In this document: one piece after another, positions 19,826-20,000 of the stretch
Numbering within the stretch: position 1 is the stretch's first letter
Layout of the letters: every line of letters begins with the position of its first letter
Assembly (NCBI GenBank): GCA_010015805.1
Contig: ML978123.1
Coordinates: 3,216,798 to 3,236,797 of the forward strand
Length of the DNA: 20,000 bases
Origin: Rhizodiscina lignyota
Taxonomy: Eukaryota
Direction: 5' to 3'
Translations under genes and position numbers: made by a program
Notes under the pieces: model-generated
Databases searched by the model: none
Seen by the model: only the letters and a program-made list of their open reading frames with translations
What the model was told of the DNA's origin: nothing

Positions 19826-19840
19826 CAACAGTTTTCAACC

Positions 19841-20000
19841 TTTTATAAATTAATAACTAATAGGATTATTTCTATAAAAATTTAATATATTATACTTTAA
19901 ATAGTAAATAATAAGATAGGATAATTAAATTTCTAAAAATAGCTCTATTTATTAAGTTATTTTCTATTAAATTAAAAGACTTAAAAATCATTTTTTAAGA
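19841..20000. mobile_element. Edge of an AT-rich, RIP-degenerated repeat or transposon relic (family not identifiable; continues beyond the window)
   Basis: 19861-20000 has 18 G+C in 140 nt (about 13% GC), abundant TpA, a single CpA and no TpG by hand count. The boundary near 19840 is abrupt. Confidence 0.65.

Overview
This is filamentous ascomycete (Pezizomycotina) genomic DNA. (1) Bases 3-16180 (+) hold a 5'-truncated giant gene, at least 5,351 aa within the window. I recognise it as Leashin/LAH, the Woronin-body tether, often annotated 'involucrin repeat protein'. One exon of at least 14.4 kb encodes an acidic E/P/D/Q-rich disordered chain with about 15 lysine-rich clusters and several internal repeat families. 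A 71-nt GT-AG intron splices it to a coiled-coil plus conserved C-terminal domain, which contains a predicted 51-nt in-frame GC-AG intron. (2) Bases 16658-17943 (+) hold a 3-exon classical short-chain dehydrogenase/reductase (371 aa); the ORF track misses its first exon and second intron. (3) Bases 19086-19550 (-) hold a small secreted-protein gene (signal peptide, CPAP motif, Kex2-type KR) broken by one in-frame TAG that looks like a RIP CAG>TAG change. (4) From about 19840 to the end is a roughly 13% GC, CpA/TpG-depleted RIP-type block. The main system (Leashin) is already known. The best candidates for something new are the RIP-damaged secreted gene, the cryptic GC-AG intron and the motif grammar of the tether. 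All family assignments come from recalled motifs, not from a database search.
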